NCBI RefSeq assembly: GCF_009914755.1
Contig: NC_060936.1
Reading direction: 5' to 3' (one strand)
DNA: 64,000 nucleotides
DNA from: the human T2T-CHM13v2.0 reference genome, Homo sapiens
The number at the start of each line of letters is the position of its first letter. Position 1 is the stretch's first letter. A program made the translations under genes and the position numbers. The notes below the pieces were generated by a model. It ran no database searches and had not been told where the DNA came from. It was given only the letters and a program-made list of their open reading frames with translations. Shown in pieces: positions 46,471-58,695 of this stretch.

Positions 46471-47149
46471 AAGACGGACATTTTACAGTGCTTTTACTTC
46501 TGCTGCCATTGTCCATTAACTTAGATTACTCAAATTTAATTCAAAGTTAGGTGCAATATAATTTCAGAAGTGACACAAAGAATCACCAAGAAATTCAACC
46601 TTCGAAAGAGCCTTTCCTGAGCAGAGAATGGAATTGGGAGAAGTAACATCTTTCAGCCAGTCATCCCCTCTCAGGGCACCTAAAGTAGGTCTCACTTTGT
46701 AGAGTCAGGGATCACCAGGATCTCCTCCTTTGCATGCTTTACTGTTGCCATCAGTTCCTGGGTTTCCTTTGCACTGCTTCCAATTTTTAATTGAGAAAAC
46801 ATTAAATTTTGTTTATTACAAAATTAATTATTCTGGGCCAATGGCAGCATTTGAAATAGTATGATTCACCTTAATTAACACTCATTAAATCCATACCTTA
46901 GCCAATAACATTTTGATTTAGCTGAACACAAGAGTTTCCTTAACAAGTAGAGAGGCAGTTAAAATGGGTAGTTCAAGTGTCTGGCAAAGAATAAAATGCT
47001 CTGGTATCCAGTTTGATGTATTTTTGCACATGGTTTTCTGTAGCTCTATTCTGTGCTCCTATTTTTCAGGCACTTGAGAGTGAGAAACAAAGCATCACGT
47101 TCTAAGCATGGAAGTAAGATTTTCAATGCTAGCAGGTTTTAAACATTGA

Positions 47150-47380
47150 TGATGATTAGAGTTGTGATTTATTGAACACTTACTCAATTCCAGGTGCTCT
47201 TATAAGGATTTTTAAATAATTAACTTACTACAATCACATAGAGAGGTTTTTCTATTCCCATTTGTACAAACAAGGACCTTGAAACTCAAAGAATTTAAGT
47301 GCATTATTCTAGAAAGTGGCAGAGCCAGGAAACAAACTCGGGTATGTTGGGATCCACAGCTTCCTGCTGTTTCTGTGCTA
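47150..47380 (-). mobile_element. MIR SINE
   Basis: atttattgaacacttac...ctattcccatttgtaca...aagtggcagagccagga. Confidence 0.75.
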
Positions 47381-47419
47381 CCCCACAGCCTACCCATTAC
47401 CATTCAGTGGTTTACCTGC

Positions 47420-47924
47420 CGTATATAGTTACCTATGGTGACTGTAACAAATTATCACAAACTACATGGCTTAAAACAACAAAAATTCATCCTCCTCAAG
47501 TTCTTCAGGCCAGAAAGTTCAAAATCAATATCACTGGGTTAAAATCAAGCTGTCAATAAGGCCGCACTTCCCCCAGAGGCTCCTGGGGAGAATCCATTCC
47601 TTGCCTCCTTCCCCACTTAACTTCCAGCTTCTGGTGGCTTCTTGATTCCTTACTTTGTAGCCACATCACTCCAATCTCTGTCACTGTCTTCACACCACCT
47701 TCTCCTCTGTGTATGTGTGTGTGTTTCAAACTACCATTTTCCTCTCTTTTATGAGGATATGTGTGATTGTATTTAGGGCCCAGCTGGATAATCTAGTATA
47801 ATCTCATCTCAAAATTCTTCATTTAATCACATTTTTAAATACCTTTTTTCCAAATAATGTCAAACTTACAGATTCCAGAGATTAGTACCTGACATCTTTG
47901 GGTGCCATTATTCAACCTACCACA
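47420..47924 (-). mobile_element. MLT1C-like MaLR LTR
   Basis: ctgtaacaaattatcacaaact...ggcttaaaacaac...gagaatccattccttgcctc...attcaacctaccaca. Confidence 0.88.
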
Positions 47925-49417
47925 CACACTCATGTTCCAGAGGGACAAAAGCAAAGGTAAAGGCAGATTTTCCCTTAAGACATTCCCATTTGTGGTATGA
48001 AGACAGAGACTCTAATCCACCAAAATGATGAGTCAAGAGAAATATACAGATGCCAAAAACTCCCAGAGGGCAGAGAAAAGTTTTTTTTTGCATTATACCA
48101 GAAAGTCCCAGCATTTAGTTTATAATCTTGCATATAGGATATACTCAAGAAACAATTGATGAATTAAAATTTCTAAAACATTATGAAAATTTTTTGAATA
48201 TTACTAGCTAATTATGCTACTTATTAATGGAAATCTTTAATTCTTTAAAGAAGAAAACAATACTAAGAAATAGGTTTAAAAGGTAATAAGAAGGACCTAT
48301 AAAATCATAAGCATTGTTACAATAGCCTCAGCCAAAAAAATGTGAATTTTTATTCCAATAAACTATTTTAAAGAGTTTATTCTTTGTTCTTTCACTTAAA
48401 AAATATTTTAAAGACATTTTTGAAGAATAAACAGCAATGAAAGTTTTTCTACAGTTTAGACTGAGTAAGTAGACTCTAAGTTAAAACAGTATCCTCAAAT
48501 CTTGACTGTTTTACAAAATTGTTTGCAACTGACATGTATAATAGCATAGCCATGTGCTAATATTAAAATACAAACCTAGTAAAAGGAAAATATTTGCCAA
48601 ATGTCTATGTTATCAGAGTTGTTAACACTGGAAAAATATTTACTTTTACTGATTTGTCATTACTGATATCTAAGGCAATTTTAAAGCATATTAATTATGT
48701 TGACAAAAGAATCCATCTTAGAAGATTACACTTTGTACTAAAGTAAAGAAATAGCAACTCTATTTTGTCCTAAGTAAGCAGTAAGTATGAACTGTGATTC
48801 AATTATTTAACTGTTAATTATTAATCTCTATCAGTCTGGGAGCATGACAATGCATCTGCTGCAACACAACTGATTAAATCAGCTAAGCAATAGGAAATTT
48901 TAGAAATCGTTATCTCACAATATGATGTTGCTTTGAAGATGTTAACACTTTGCATCTTATCAGTATAAAATGAACAAGAAAAGGAACTCTACATGACTCT
49001 GATGAAGCTTCAGAGGAATATTAAATTAGGGTTTGGTGGGAAAAAAGCAGGGGTTGGGGAAGAAAGCCCTGCAAAAGTAGTAGCGATCACTAAGCAAGCA
49101 TGATCTGCACTTTTCCCCACCACGTATTCATAGTTATAAGCAAAACTATCTATGCACAAAGTAGTAAGAGAAGGAAATGTGGGAGATTAGAATGATTCAG
49201 AACAGATTCAGGTAGTGAGTACCTATCTAATAGGGTTGTGGTGAATACTAAATTCAATTATATCAAAAATGCACTAAACTCAGGATCTCAACATCAGCAA
49301 GTGGCAGCATATGTTAATTATTGTGAAAAGATGTTCTGACTCCTTGTTTGAGGATATTTAGACCAGAGACTTGATATCCAGGAAAGAGCTCTGCTGTACC
49401 AGTAAGCTATGTATGTT

Positions 49418-50178
49418 TCACTAATCATTAGAGAAGTGCAAATCAAAACCACAATGAGATACCATCTCACACAAGTCAAGATGGCTATGATTAAAAAGTC
49501 GAAAAATAACAGACGCTGGCAAGGCTCCAGAGGTAGGGAACACTTGTACACTGTTCATGGGAATGTAAATTAGTTCAGCCACTGTGGAAAGCAGTGTAGT
49601 GATTTCTCAAAGAACTTAAAACAGAATTACCATTTGACCCAACAGTCCCATCACTGGTTATATATCCAAGGAATATAAATTGTTCTACCATAAAGACACA
49701 TGCATACGTATGTTCATTCCAGCACTATCCCCAGTAGCAAAGACATGGAATCTACCTAAATGCTCAACAATGGTAGACTGGATAAAGAAAATGTAGTACA
49801 TATACACCACGGACTATTACACAGCCATAAGAAAAGAATGAGATAATATCCTTTGTAGCCACATGGATGGAGCTGGAGGCCATTATCCCAAGTAAACTAA
49901 TCTCGGAATAGAAAACCAAATACCGCATGTTCTCATTTATAAGTGGGAGCTAAATAGTGAGTACACATGGGCACAAAAAAGGGAACAGTAGACACCAGGG
50001 CCTACTACAGGATGGAGGATGGGAGGAAGGAGAGGATTGAAAAACTGTCATCTGTTGGGTACTATGTGTATTACCTGCATGACAAAATAATGTGTACACA
50101 AAACCCTGGTAACACGCAATTTATCTATAGAACAAACCCACGTGTGCACCTGAAATTAAAAGTTAAAAAAAAGAAAGA
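49418..50178 (+). mobile_element. L1PA15/16-like 3' end, 5'-truncated
   Basis: tcactaatcattagagaagtgcaaatc...gggtactatg...aaagttaaaaaa; TSD aagctatg(t/g)at at 49404 and 50179. Confidence 0.92.
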
Positions 50179-50745
50179 AAGCTATGGATATAAGTTCTTG
50201 CTGGATAGTTTTTGGCTTTGGGCAAGTCTTTCACTTTCTCATAAGAATTGCAATAATTTATCTGACAATGAAATAAACCAGATAGTTTGATGAATCCTTT
50301 CTAGCCATAATATTGCTGAATAGATGCCACCAGGAAGAACATGAATCATTACCAATAACAGTGGAAACAAGTAAGACTACACTTGGATTCCAAAGCAAAT
50401 GGTATTCAGGATATCAAGAAAATGGTAACAAAACAAAAATATATATATATCACTTTTACTTAGAGTCATTTAGAAAGGTTAAGAGCAAAAGGTAGTCTTT
50501 AAATCACAGGTAGACTTTTGAGGGAAGAGAGAAAATCCTACTGGGAAGATAGTGTAAACTGAGAACAGGGACTCATTATTTTAATCAAGGCAGTTTTACA
50601 TGGCCCAATTTAAAAAAAATGTGTTTCAGAAAATTATCAGAAAAGATAGCAACAGCCCCCAAAAATGTATGACTAAATATTTGCCAAGTCATAGACCTCT
50701 CCAAAGAAGTACTGGTCTATGCAATAGGCAACAGCTTTGTCCTTA

Positions 50746-51901
50746 TTTTTTTTTTAATCTCACATACTTATCCTTTTATTGTGTTGAGAACCCTTAAAAT
50801 CTACTCTCCTAACAAATTTCAAACATACAATACATTCTTATTAACTAAAGTCACCATGTTTTACAATAGATCTCTTGAACGTATCCCTCCTACCTAGCTC
50901 AAATTTTGTATCCTTTGACCAACATCTCTCTCATCCCCTGACCCCCTGGCCCCTGGTAACCATTGTTCTATTTTCTGCTTCTATGACTTTGACTTTTTTA
51001 GGTTCCATAGGTAAGCAAAATGATGCAGTACTTGTCTTTCTGTGCCTGGCTTATTTCAACTAACATAATGTCCTCCAGATTTATCCATGTTGTTGTAAAT
51101 GACAGGATTTCCTTCTTTTTCAAGGCTGCATAGTATTCCATTGTGTATATGTGGCACATTTTCTTTATCCATTCATTGACTGATGGACAATGAGGTTAAT
51201 TTCATAGCTTGGCTATTGTGAATCATGTTGTAATGAACATTGGAATGCAGATATCTCTTCAACATACTAATCATATTTACTTCAGATATATACTCAGTAG
51301 TTGAATTGCTGGATCATGTGGTAGCTCCATTTTTAGTTTTTTGAGGAACCTCTGTTTTGTTTTCCATAATGGTTGTACTAATTTACATTCCCAACAACAG
51401 TATACAAGGGTTCCTCTTTCTCCACATCTTCTCCAACACTTGTTTTTCATCGTTTTGATAACAGTCATTCTAACAGGTATGAGGTGATATCTCATTGTGG
51501 TTTTAATTTGCATTTTCCTGAAGATTAGTGGTAATGAGCATATATTCTTGTGTCTCCTGGGCATTTGTATGTCTTCTTTTGAGAAATACCTATTTCAATC
51601 TTTTGCCCATTTGTTAACTGTAAGCTGCTGGAAGAAATCATAGGGGAAAAGCTCCATGACATTGGTCTGAGCAAAGGATTTTTTGGATTTTACCCCAAAA
51701 GCACAGGCAACAAAAGCAAAAACAGATAAATGGGATTACAGCAGACTAAAAAGCTTCTGCATAGCAAAGGAAACAATCAACAGAGTGAAGAGGCAACCTA
51801 CAGAATAGGAGAAAATATTTGCAAACCATACATCTGATAATGGGTTAATATCTAAAATATGTAAGGGACTCAAGAGCAATAAAATAACCAGATTAAAAAC
51901 T
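50746..51901 (-). mobile_element. L1MA-type insertion with 5' inversion (twin priming)
   Basis: Antisense 3' part 50746-51617, sense part 51616-51900; TSD cagctttgtcct(t/c)attt at 50732-50748 and 51902-51918. Confidence 0.93.
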
Positions 51902-51932
51902 CAGCTTTGTCCTCATTTCTAATGAACTAAAC

Positions 51933-52234
51933 CAGTACATCTCAAACTTGAGAATTCTTTAACCTTGAAAATATGTCCACTGAGTCTGGTGATGCGAAGA
52001 GCCTATTGCCCTATGAATACACAAACATTACTTAAGATGAGCTCCTGACCAACACAAAAGCAGACAGGAGCACTGAAATCACCACAATTGGTAAGGCAGA
52101 CATGCAAATAACCCCAAATATATTGTTTTTTTTTTTTTAAAGATTTTCATCCACATAAAATACAAAATTTAAAAACTCTCATAGGATTATATCTGTGGAC
52201 CACAAAGGCCTCGGATTCTACTTTGAGAAACACC
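51933..52234. mobile_element. Probable hAT-Charlie (MER5-group) MITE relic
   Basis: TIR-like ends cagtacatctcaaact ... actttgagaaacac. Confidence 0.45.
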
Positions 52235-52265
52235 ATACCAGGTCACATCAGCAAACACCTAATTA

Positions 52266-53297
52266 TGTTACAGGATTCCACTGGTGCCACTTCACCAGCC
52301 AGAAATCTCTGCAGCCACCGTGACCTCTGCCCAGGGCCTCATTCAGGCCTGCTGGGCTCACTCTGCCAGCTTGAACCGGCAGGCTGCATTCAGCTCATGC
52401 CCTGGCCCTGATCTCGCACCCACCACAGCTCCACACTCAACCCGCGGCTGGAACGGGCATGCCATGAGCAGCTTCTGCATTGGGCACCAGCATCTAGATG
52501 GGAATGTGATGGCACCTGAAAATTCAGAGATGCAAGCACCTGCAAAGCCCCAAGGGCTGTTATAGCTCTTGCCTGGGGAGTCCCAAGGTCTGGACTCCCA
52601 AGAAATATTGAGGCTTTTGTAGTTCAGCGAGTGGGAAGGAATGATGCCCAACAGCTTTTTCATTTCCATTGCTTGGTGAGCAGGAGGGAGCAGCACCTGG
52701 CAGCTTTACTTCTTCACACCTGCAGCTGGGCAAATGGGGGTGTGTTACAGCTCTCTCTTCCTGCCACCCACAGCCCGGCAAACAGGGGCATATTAGAGCT
52801 CTCTCGTTCCTGCTCCCCACAGCTCAGCGAATTCTGGGTTCTTGTCCCACGACCAAGAGCAGTAAGGTGCATGGACACCAGAGAGTGAGTAAGGCAGAGA
52901 AGAATTTTATTGAGTGACTGAAGGAAAGCTCTCAACTGCAAGAAGGGGCCGGAAAGCAGGTCGCCCTCAGCTGCAAGAGGGGGCCAGAAAGCGGGTCACT
53001 CCCTGTAAGGCTAGTCCGGGATTTTTATGGGCTCAGAATGGGGGAGTGAATGATGATTGGTCCATGGGTGGTCTTTGGAAAAAGCACCATTCAATTGGTT
53101 AAAAGGCGTCATTCAGAAGGAAACAATCCAGAGAGAGAGAGTAAGACAGAGACAAAAGTTCTCACTCCAGTCATGGACTCTATCCGGAACCAGCAGCCCA
53201 GTTTTCAGGCTTTAAACTGTCTTTGGCTTGAAGGTCAGGTTTCACCAGGGACCCATCCCTGTCTACCTAGGAATTTATCTGTCTCCTGTCATTATCA
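52266..53297 (-). mobile_element. ERV1 solo LTR (LTR27/LTR28/MER52 group), 1032 bp
   Basis: TG...CA ends; near-TSD atta/attt; GC-rich; minus-strand start tgataatgacaggagacagataaattcctagg...ccttcaagccaaagacagtttaaagcctgaaaac. Confidence 0.85.
53022..53098 (-). promoter_or_regulatory. LTR U3 core promoter motifs (two CCAAT boxes and a TATA-like ATAAAAA)
   Basis: Plus-strand attgg at 53094-53098 and 53056-53060, tttttat at 53022-53028; AATAAA on minus at 52906-52911. Confidence 0.6.
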
Positions 53298-54324
53298 ATT
53301 TTGAAATATTTTATTACATCCATAAGTGATACTCTTGAAGACTAACCAAAGCCAAAATGTGAACAAAATACTTGAAATAGATTTTGTGGGAATGGTTATG
53401 AGTAACATCAGTATTTGGCAAAGTAGTGTTAACTATTAAGCACTGATTTACCATACAGATACAAAATCATCCACTATGCCTATTTGTTAATCTTTAGTAT
53501 TTGAAAAAAAAAAAGAACATTTTACAAAGATATTCATACCTCAATTTGGGCTTGGCTCTGCTCATTCCAGACCACAACACATGTGAAAACTTTTGACACA
53601 TACGAGTTTGCAAGCCACTAACAAATAGTACTTAATGGAGTTCTTTTAAAGCAAATTTCCCAAGGGTAGCATAATACAGAATAGAACTGGAATCCAAGTC
53701 GATGTCTTCATTTGTAAATAAGCTTAGTCTAACTGGGTATTATTCATCACCAATATTTGAACTGCATCCTATTTTTCTTGTTGAATTTTTATATGTTAGA
53801 GAAGAAAACTAAAATTGGATATCTATTTAAAGTGTAATTGCAAATAAATGTGAGATTAAGACCATTAACTTGTCCTTCAGAGCTATTTTGTATTTATTAA
53901 AAACGCATGTATATTAGAATGTGTTGAACTATTAAACTGCACATGGTTGGATTTAACTATGGAAGTCTCATCCAAGAGATTGAAGGAGAAATCGAAGGAA
54001 TTGTGTCAAGACATCTGAAAATAGATTCCATCCTGATCTTACTCTTCTGCTACTGAATTAGTAAATGTCAGGAGGAGATTGAAATCATGAAACGCTCATT
54101 TCAAATGAAGTAATTTCTATTAAAGATTATGTATTTCTCTTTTCCTCTGATTTTGGGGGAGGGATAGAAATGAATTATGGTACACTGACCTTGAAGATAT
54201 GGAAAAACAGATTAACTAAAATTATTTACTTTTCATCTTGATTTTTGATCTAACATGCACCAAAAAAAGATCAGCATATTTTACTAGAAGAAAATTGTAG
54301 TGTCCTTATAAGATTCTCAGATAT

Positions 54325-54480
54325 CCCTTTACCCTCTGTCACTTACTAGTTGTGAGAGGTTAAGCTAGCAGTTTGATTACTCTAGGTCTCAGTTCTTCCA
54401 GAAACAAAATGAGAATAATAGTACCTGTCTAGAGGCATCAGACTGGGTCAAATGAAGTTTCAAGAACCTTTTCAACATAA
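54325..54480 (+). mobile_element. MIR fragment
   Basis: ctctgtcacttactagttgtga...ctcagttc...aaaatgagaataatagtacct. Confidence 0.65.
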
Positions 54481-55199
54481 AAGATTTTTAGTCGATAGAC
54501 TTTCCTAATAATAAAGGTGCAGTTACTCTAGCCTGTATAAGCATCCTTAAGAAATTAAACCATTCCACATTAAAATTATCATTGTAAAATTTAATGCAAT
54601 TTGTTTCAGAGAAATTCATATAGAATACTCAATATAAACAAAGAATAGTCCAGATCCATTAGTGTCAGGCTCTATAAAAATAGTAACAGCTGAAAGATTT
54701 CAAAGTGATAATGTGAGAGCATAAGTTAGAAAAATTACAGATATAATATGATTAGTTGTAAGATGCTCACTCTCACCTCAGAAGATTGAATACTTAATTC
54801 TGAGGATTTGGTTTTAGTTTTTTTTCATGAATATACAATAACTCAAAGTCAATGTAGAATAAATTGACTTTAAATATGTGCTACAATTCTTAAATTACAT
54901 TGGGATAGTACATAAATGAATTAATTGCCAAATAATGTTTACTTCAAATTGATGTTAACAATTTTTGTTCTTAATTGGCAGGAAAAAATGTTAGTATTAC
55001 CATTAATTTTTAAATTTGTCTTTTAATAAAATCCAAACAAATAAAGGGGTGCCTATAGAATGTCCAGAAATAAGTAATAAATCTAGATCTAGAAGAATGC
55101 AAGAAAGGAAGAAAAGAAACAAGAATAAAAAGGTACATAAAAGAAAACACAGAACTACATGGTAGATTTAAACCCAAATGTATCAATAATTACAAACAT

Positions 55200-57700
55200 T
55201 TTCATTAAAACATTTCTTCTTTGGGTCTACTCCACTTACCAATGAGCCTTTGGTTTTCAGGTGAAATACAATTTCTAAACCACTCATTGTGCCTTTTTTT
55301 CTCTGCATTCTTCATATTTATTAAACGTTATTATTTACTCTCCTATTTCCTGAACTTTCATTCTAGAGATCTTCGGAAATGGTTCTTTATCCAAATAATG
55401 CTTTTTAATGAATTTCATGTCTCATATTAATTTTATCAGCAACATTTTGGTGAGTTGCTTGTAGCTTTGTTCTGTATCATTTTTCTTAGTCTCTTGAATT
55501 TCATTTTCCTCAAAATCAAAATATAATCTAATAACTTAAAGAATATAAAATGTCAGCTTTTCTACCAGTGATTTTGCTGAAACAAAATTTTTCGAGTGTT
55601 AATTATATGTCAGTAATAGGATGCTCAGAACTGAGTTTCTGTTTTAAACTTGAAAGCTAAAGACTTTTTCATTCTCATCTTATTTCTTCCATCTGTTTTA
55701 ATGTTTATGATAATGGTAATTTGCTTTTTTCCCCCTTCCCTCTCATGTGTCTTTATACAATTAATAGTATGTTGATTGATATATTCAGTTTTATTTTTAC
55801 TATGTCAGACTCTTTAGTCTTAGAGTTTCTTTATATTCCTCTGTCATATCTTTGAAAATAGTTTTTCATTATATATATATTAGAATAATATCAAATATAT
55901 CTTTATTTTTAAAAATAGTTGCAACTGTTTTAATAGTTGCACATGGTTTTTAAAAATCAAATATTACCAAAAGATACATCCAAAAAAGCACTTCTTCTCT
56001 CAACCACATGCCACCCCCAGTTACTGCCCTCAGACAGTAACTCTTCAACTATTTTGCTGTTTTTTATTTCCTCTGTGCTTCTAAATATGTGTATGCTGCT
56101 ACTTCTGGATTTATCCGTTTTGTCATTACTTTTTGACTCCTTGATATGGCCCCCTTCACCTCATACCCTTTCCCTATCATCCCAGTGGGGTCATAGTTAG
56201 TGCTTACATTATCATGAGTCATATTCCTTACTTATAGAACTTTCCTTTACTTATAGAACTTTCCCTTACTTACAGAACTTATAGAATTCTCTCCCCAATG
56301 CTCAAACATATCAAATAATACAGCAATTTCACTTTTTTTCCGTGTTGTCCTTTCTCCTGGAATAATCCATCCTTCTACTTCAGTTAGGATTTTTTTCTGA
56401 CCCTCAGCATAGTTGTTATCCTGAAATTTTCGTTGTTGTTTTCCTGTGCAGAATTCTCTGTTTTCTTCATCCCAAGTCTTCCTATTGCTTAGTTTACGCT
56501 CTCATTTTGCTAAAGCATCTAATCTAGGAACTCCCTGAGAGTAGGGCGATATGAGTTAAACTTGGAGTTTTAACATATATAAATATTTCTTTATTTTCCC
56601 TCATTATACTTGATTAACAGCTCCACTAAATATAAAATTCAAGCTTGGAAAATATTTTCTTTAAAAATTTTGAAGACTTGGCCTTATTATTTTCCAATTT
56701 CCAGTATTGATATTGAGAAATCTAAAGCCATTCTAATTTATTTGTACATAGCTGGTTTATTTTATTGAAAGCTTTTATGATCTTCACCTTATTCTTGTTT
56801 CTCTGAAATTTCACATGATATAAAATTGATATAAACCTTTTAAAAATTTATTGTCTTTGGCATTTGGTATGCCCTACCAATCTTGATTTGGATGCCCTTG
56901 AGAGTTTTTTGGAAACTTTTTTGTCATTTAATTTTCTCCCCTACTTTTTTCTGTTTTTGCTTCCTATGACTACTAGTGGTAAGCTATTGGTCCTCCAAGA
57001 TAAATCCTCAAATTTTCCTATCTTTTATCTGTTATGTTCCAAATTATTTGGCATTTTGTCCAGCTTTCTGAGAAAATTTCATTAACTTTTGAGTTGAACT
57101 TTTCTTCAACTTTTAAGTTCACCATTCTATTTAATCTTATATTTTGTTGCTTATTTTATTTTTTGGGAGTTTTTTTGTTCTTTGACTGGTTATCTTTTAG
57201 GGTACCTTGTTCTTGTTTCATGTTCTCAGCATTTTTATTATCTATCTGAGGACATTATTTATAAATTTATTTAGAGTTCTTCTCAATAATCTAAAGATTA
57301 CATTTTTCCACTTGTTTGCCTGTTTGTTTTAATCTGCCTTTCAGTCTGGAGTTATTCTCTGGATGTCTAGTGATATGTAATTAATTTTATATTTCACAGT
57401 GAAATATTAAAACAGTGTTTTGAAGGCTCCACATTCATGGTGGATGGCATTTGTTAACCCATGAGCTTCATTATGGGTTGAATGAGAAGTCAGCCAGTCT
57501 TTTCATTGAGGCACCCCGAATATCTGGAAGCCTTTCCTCAAGAAAATAATACTCCAATCTCATGTCTGGATATCATTGGCAGGAGAGTGCATATGCCTTT
57601 TAGTTAAGTTCAAAAATCAAAGTGGTGGGTAAGAACTGAAGATTTTACCATTCAGAATTTGGTATTCTAAGTATACAGCATTTTTGATACAATAAGCATC
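55200..57700 (-). mobile_element. Degraded old L1M/HAL1-like fragments
   Basis: T-rich antisense motifs (tataaaattcaagcttggaaaatattttc; ttgagaaatctaaagccattct; tctgaaatttcac). Confidence 0.5.
56224..56289. repeat. ~19-bp tandem repeat x3.5
   Basis: ttcc(t)ttacttatagaact units. Confidence 0.9.
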
Positions 57701-57983
57701 TGTTATAATTTTTTATAAGGTAAGAAATCTGGGGCGCCAAATGTTTTATATACAAATTTTCAATAAAACAAATATATCTGTAAGATCAATAAAAGAAAAG
57801 AAAAAGGAAAATTCAATGAATTCAACTTTTTATTTTAAAATGTTTTGTTTCATTTGTTGCTTAGTTTTTAAATCCTCTCAGATTTACTTTTTTCCTTTTG
57901 ATGGAACACATACTCTAATAATTCCAGTAACTGTTTCTTTGAATGATTTAGAGATATCAGAAATTTTTTAAGAGAGAAAGTGA

Positions 57984-58309
<326 letters not shown>

Positions 58310-58653
58310 CTAGTAACTGACTTAGCAGAAAGGAGAAAGCTATAAATAATGACTGCCACCTACTCTGAGTTTCTTAATTCTACTCCCTAGGAAGATTGTT
58401 CCTGTCAATGCTTTTGAAGCTCACTTCTGAGGAAGTCACTGGGGAGAAATCCTCTTAACATTAGCAGTTCCTTCCTATTGTTATTAATTTGACGTCTCTG
58501 GATAGAGGCTAATAAACCAAGCCTTTGGTTTCCAGGGTTTATTTATCCCAAATGCCAATCTTTCAGGCAAGTATTCAAAGCCAATGAGCATATGATGATA
58601 TGTACAGATCTTAGATCTCCATGCCAGTCTTGAAATTTTTGTCTTATAGCAGT

Positions 58654-58695
58654 AGACTTCAATATTCTACCTTCAATATTCAGACTTCAATCTTC
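58654..58695. repeat. 14-bp tandem repeat x3
   Basis: agacttcaatattc / taccttcaatattc / agacttcaatcttc. Confidence 0.85.

Noticed and set aside
52223-53304. Cluster of overlapping ORFs
   Set aside because: GC-rich LTR sequence with no gag, pol or env motifs.
57708-57726. Plus-strand ttttttataag|gtaaga AG|GT motif
   Set aside because: Poor AAG acceptor at the edge of degraded L1 sequence; much weaker than the 32844 site.
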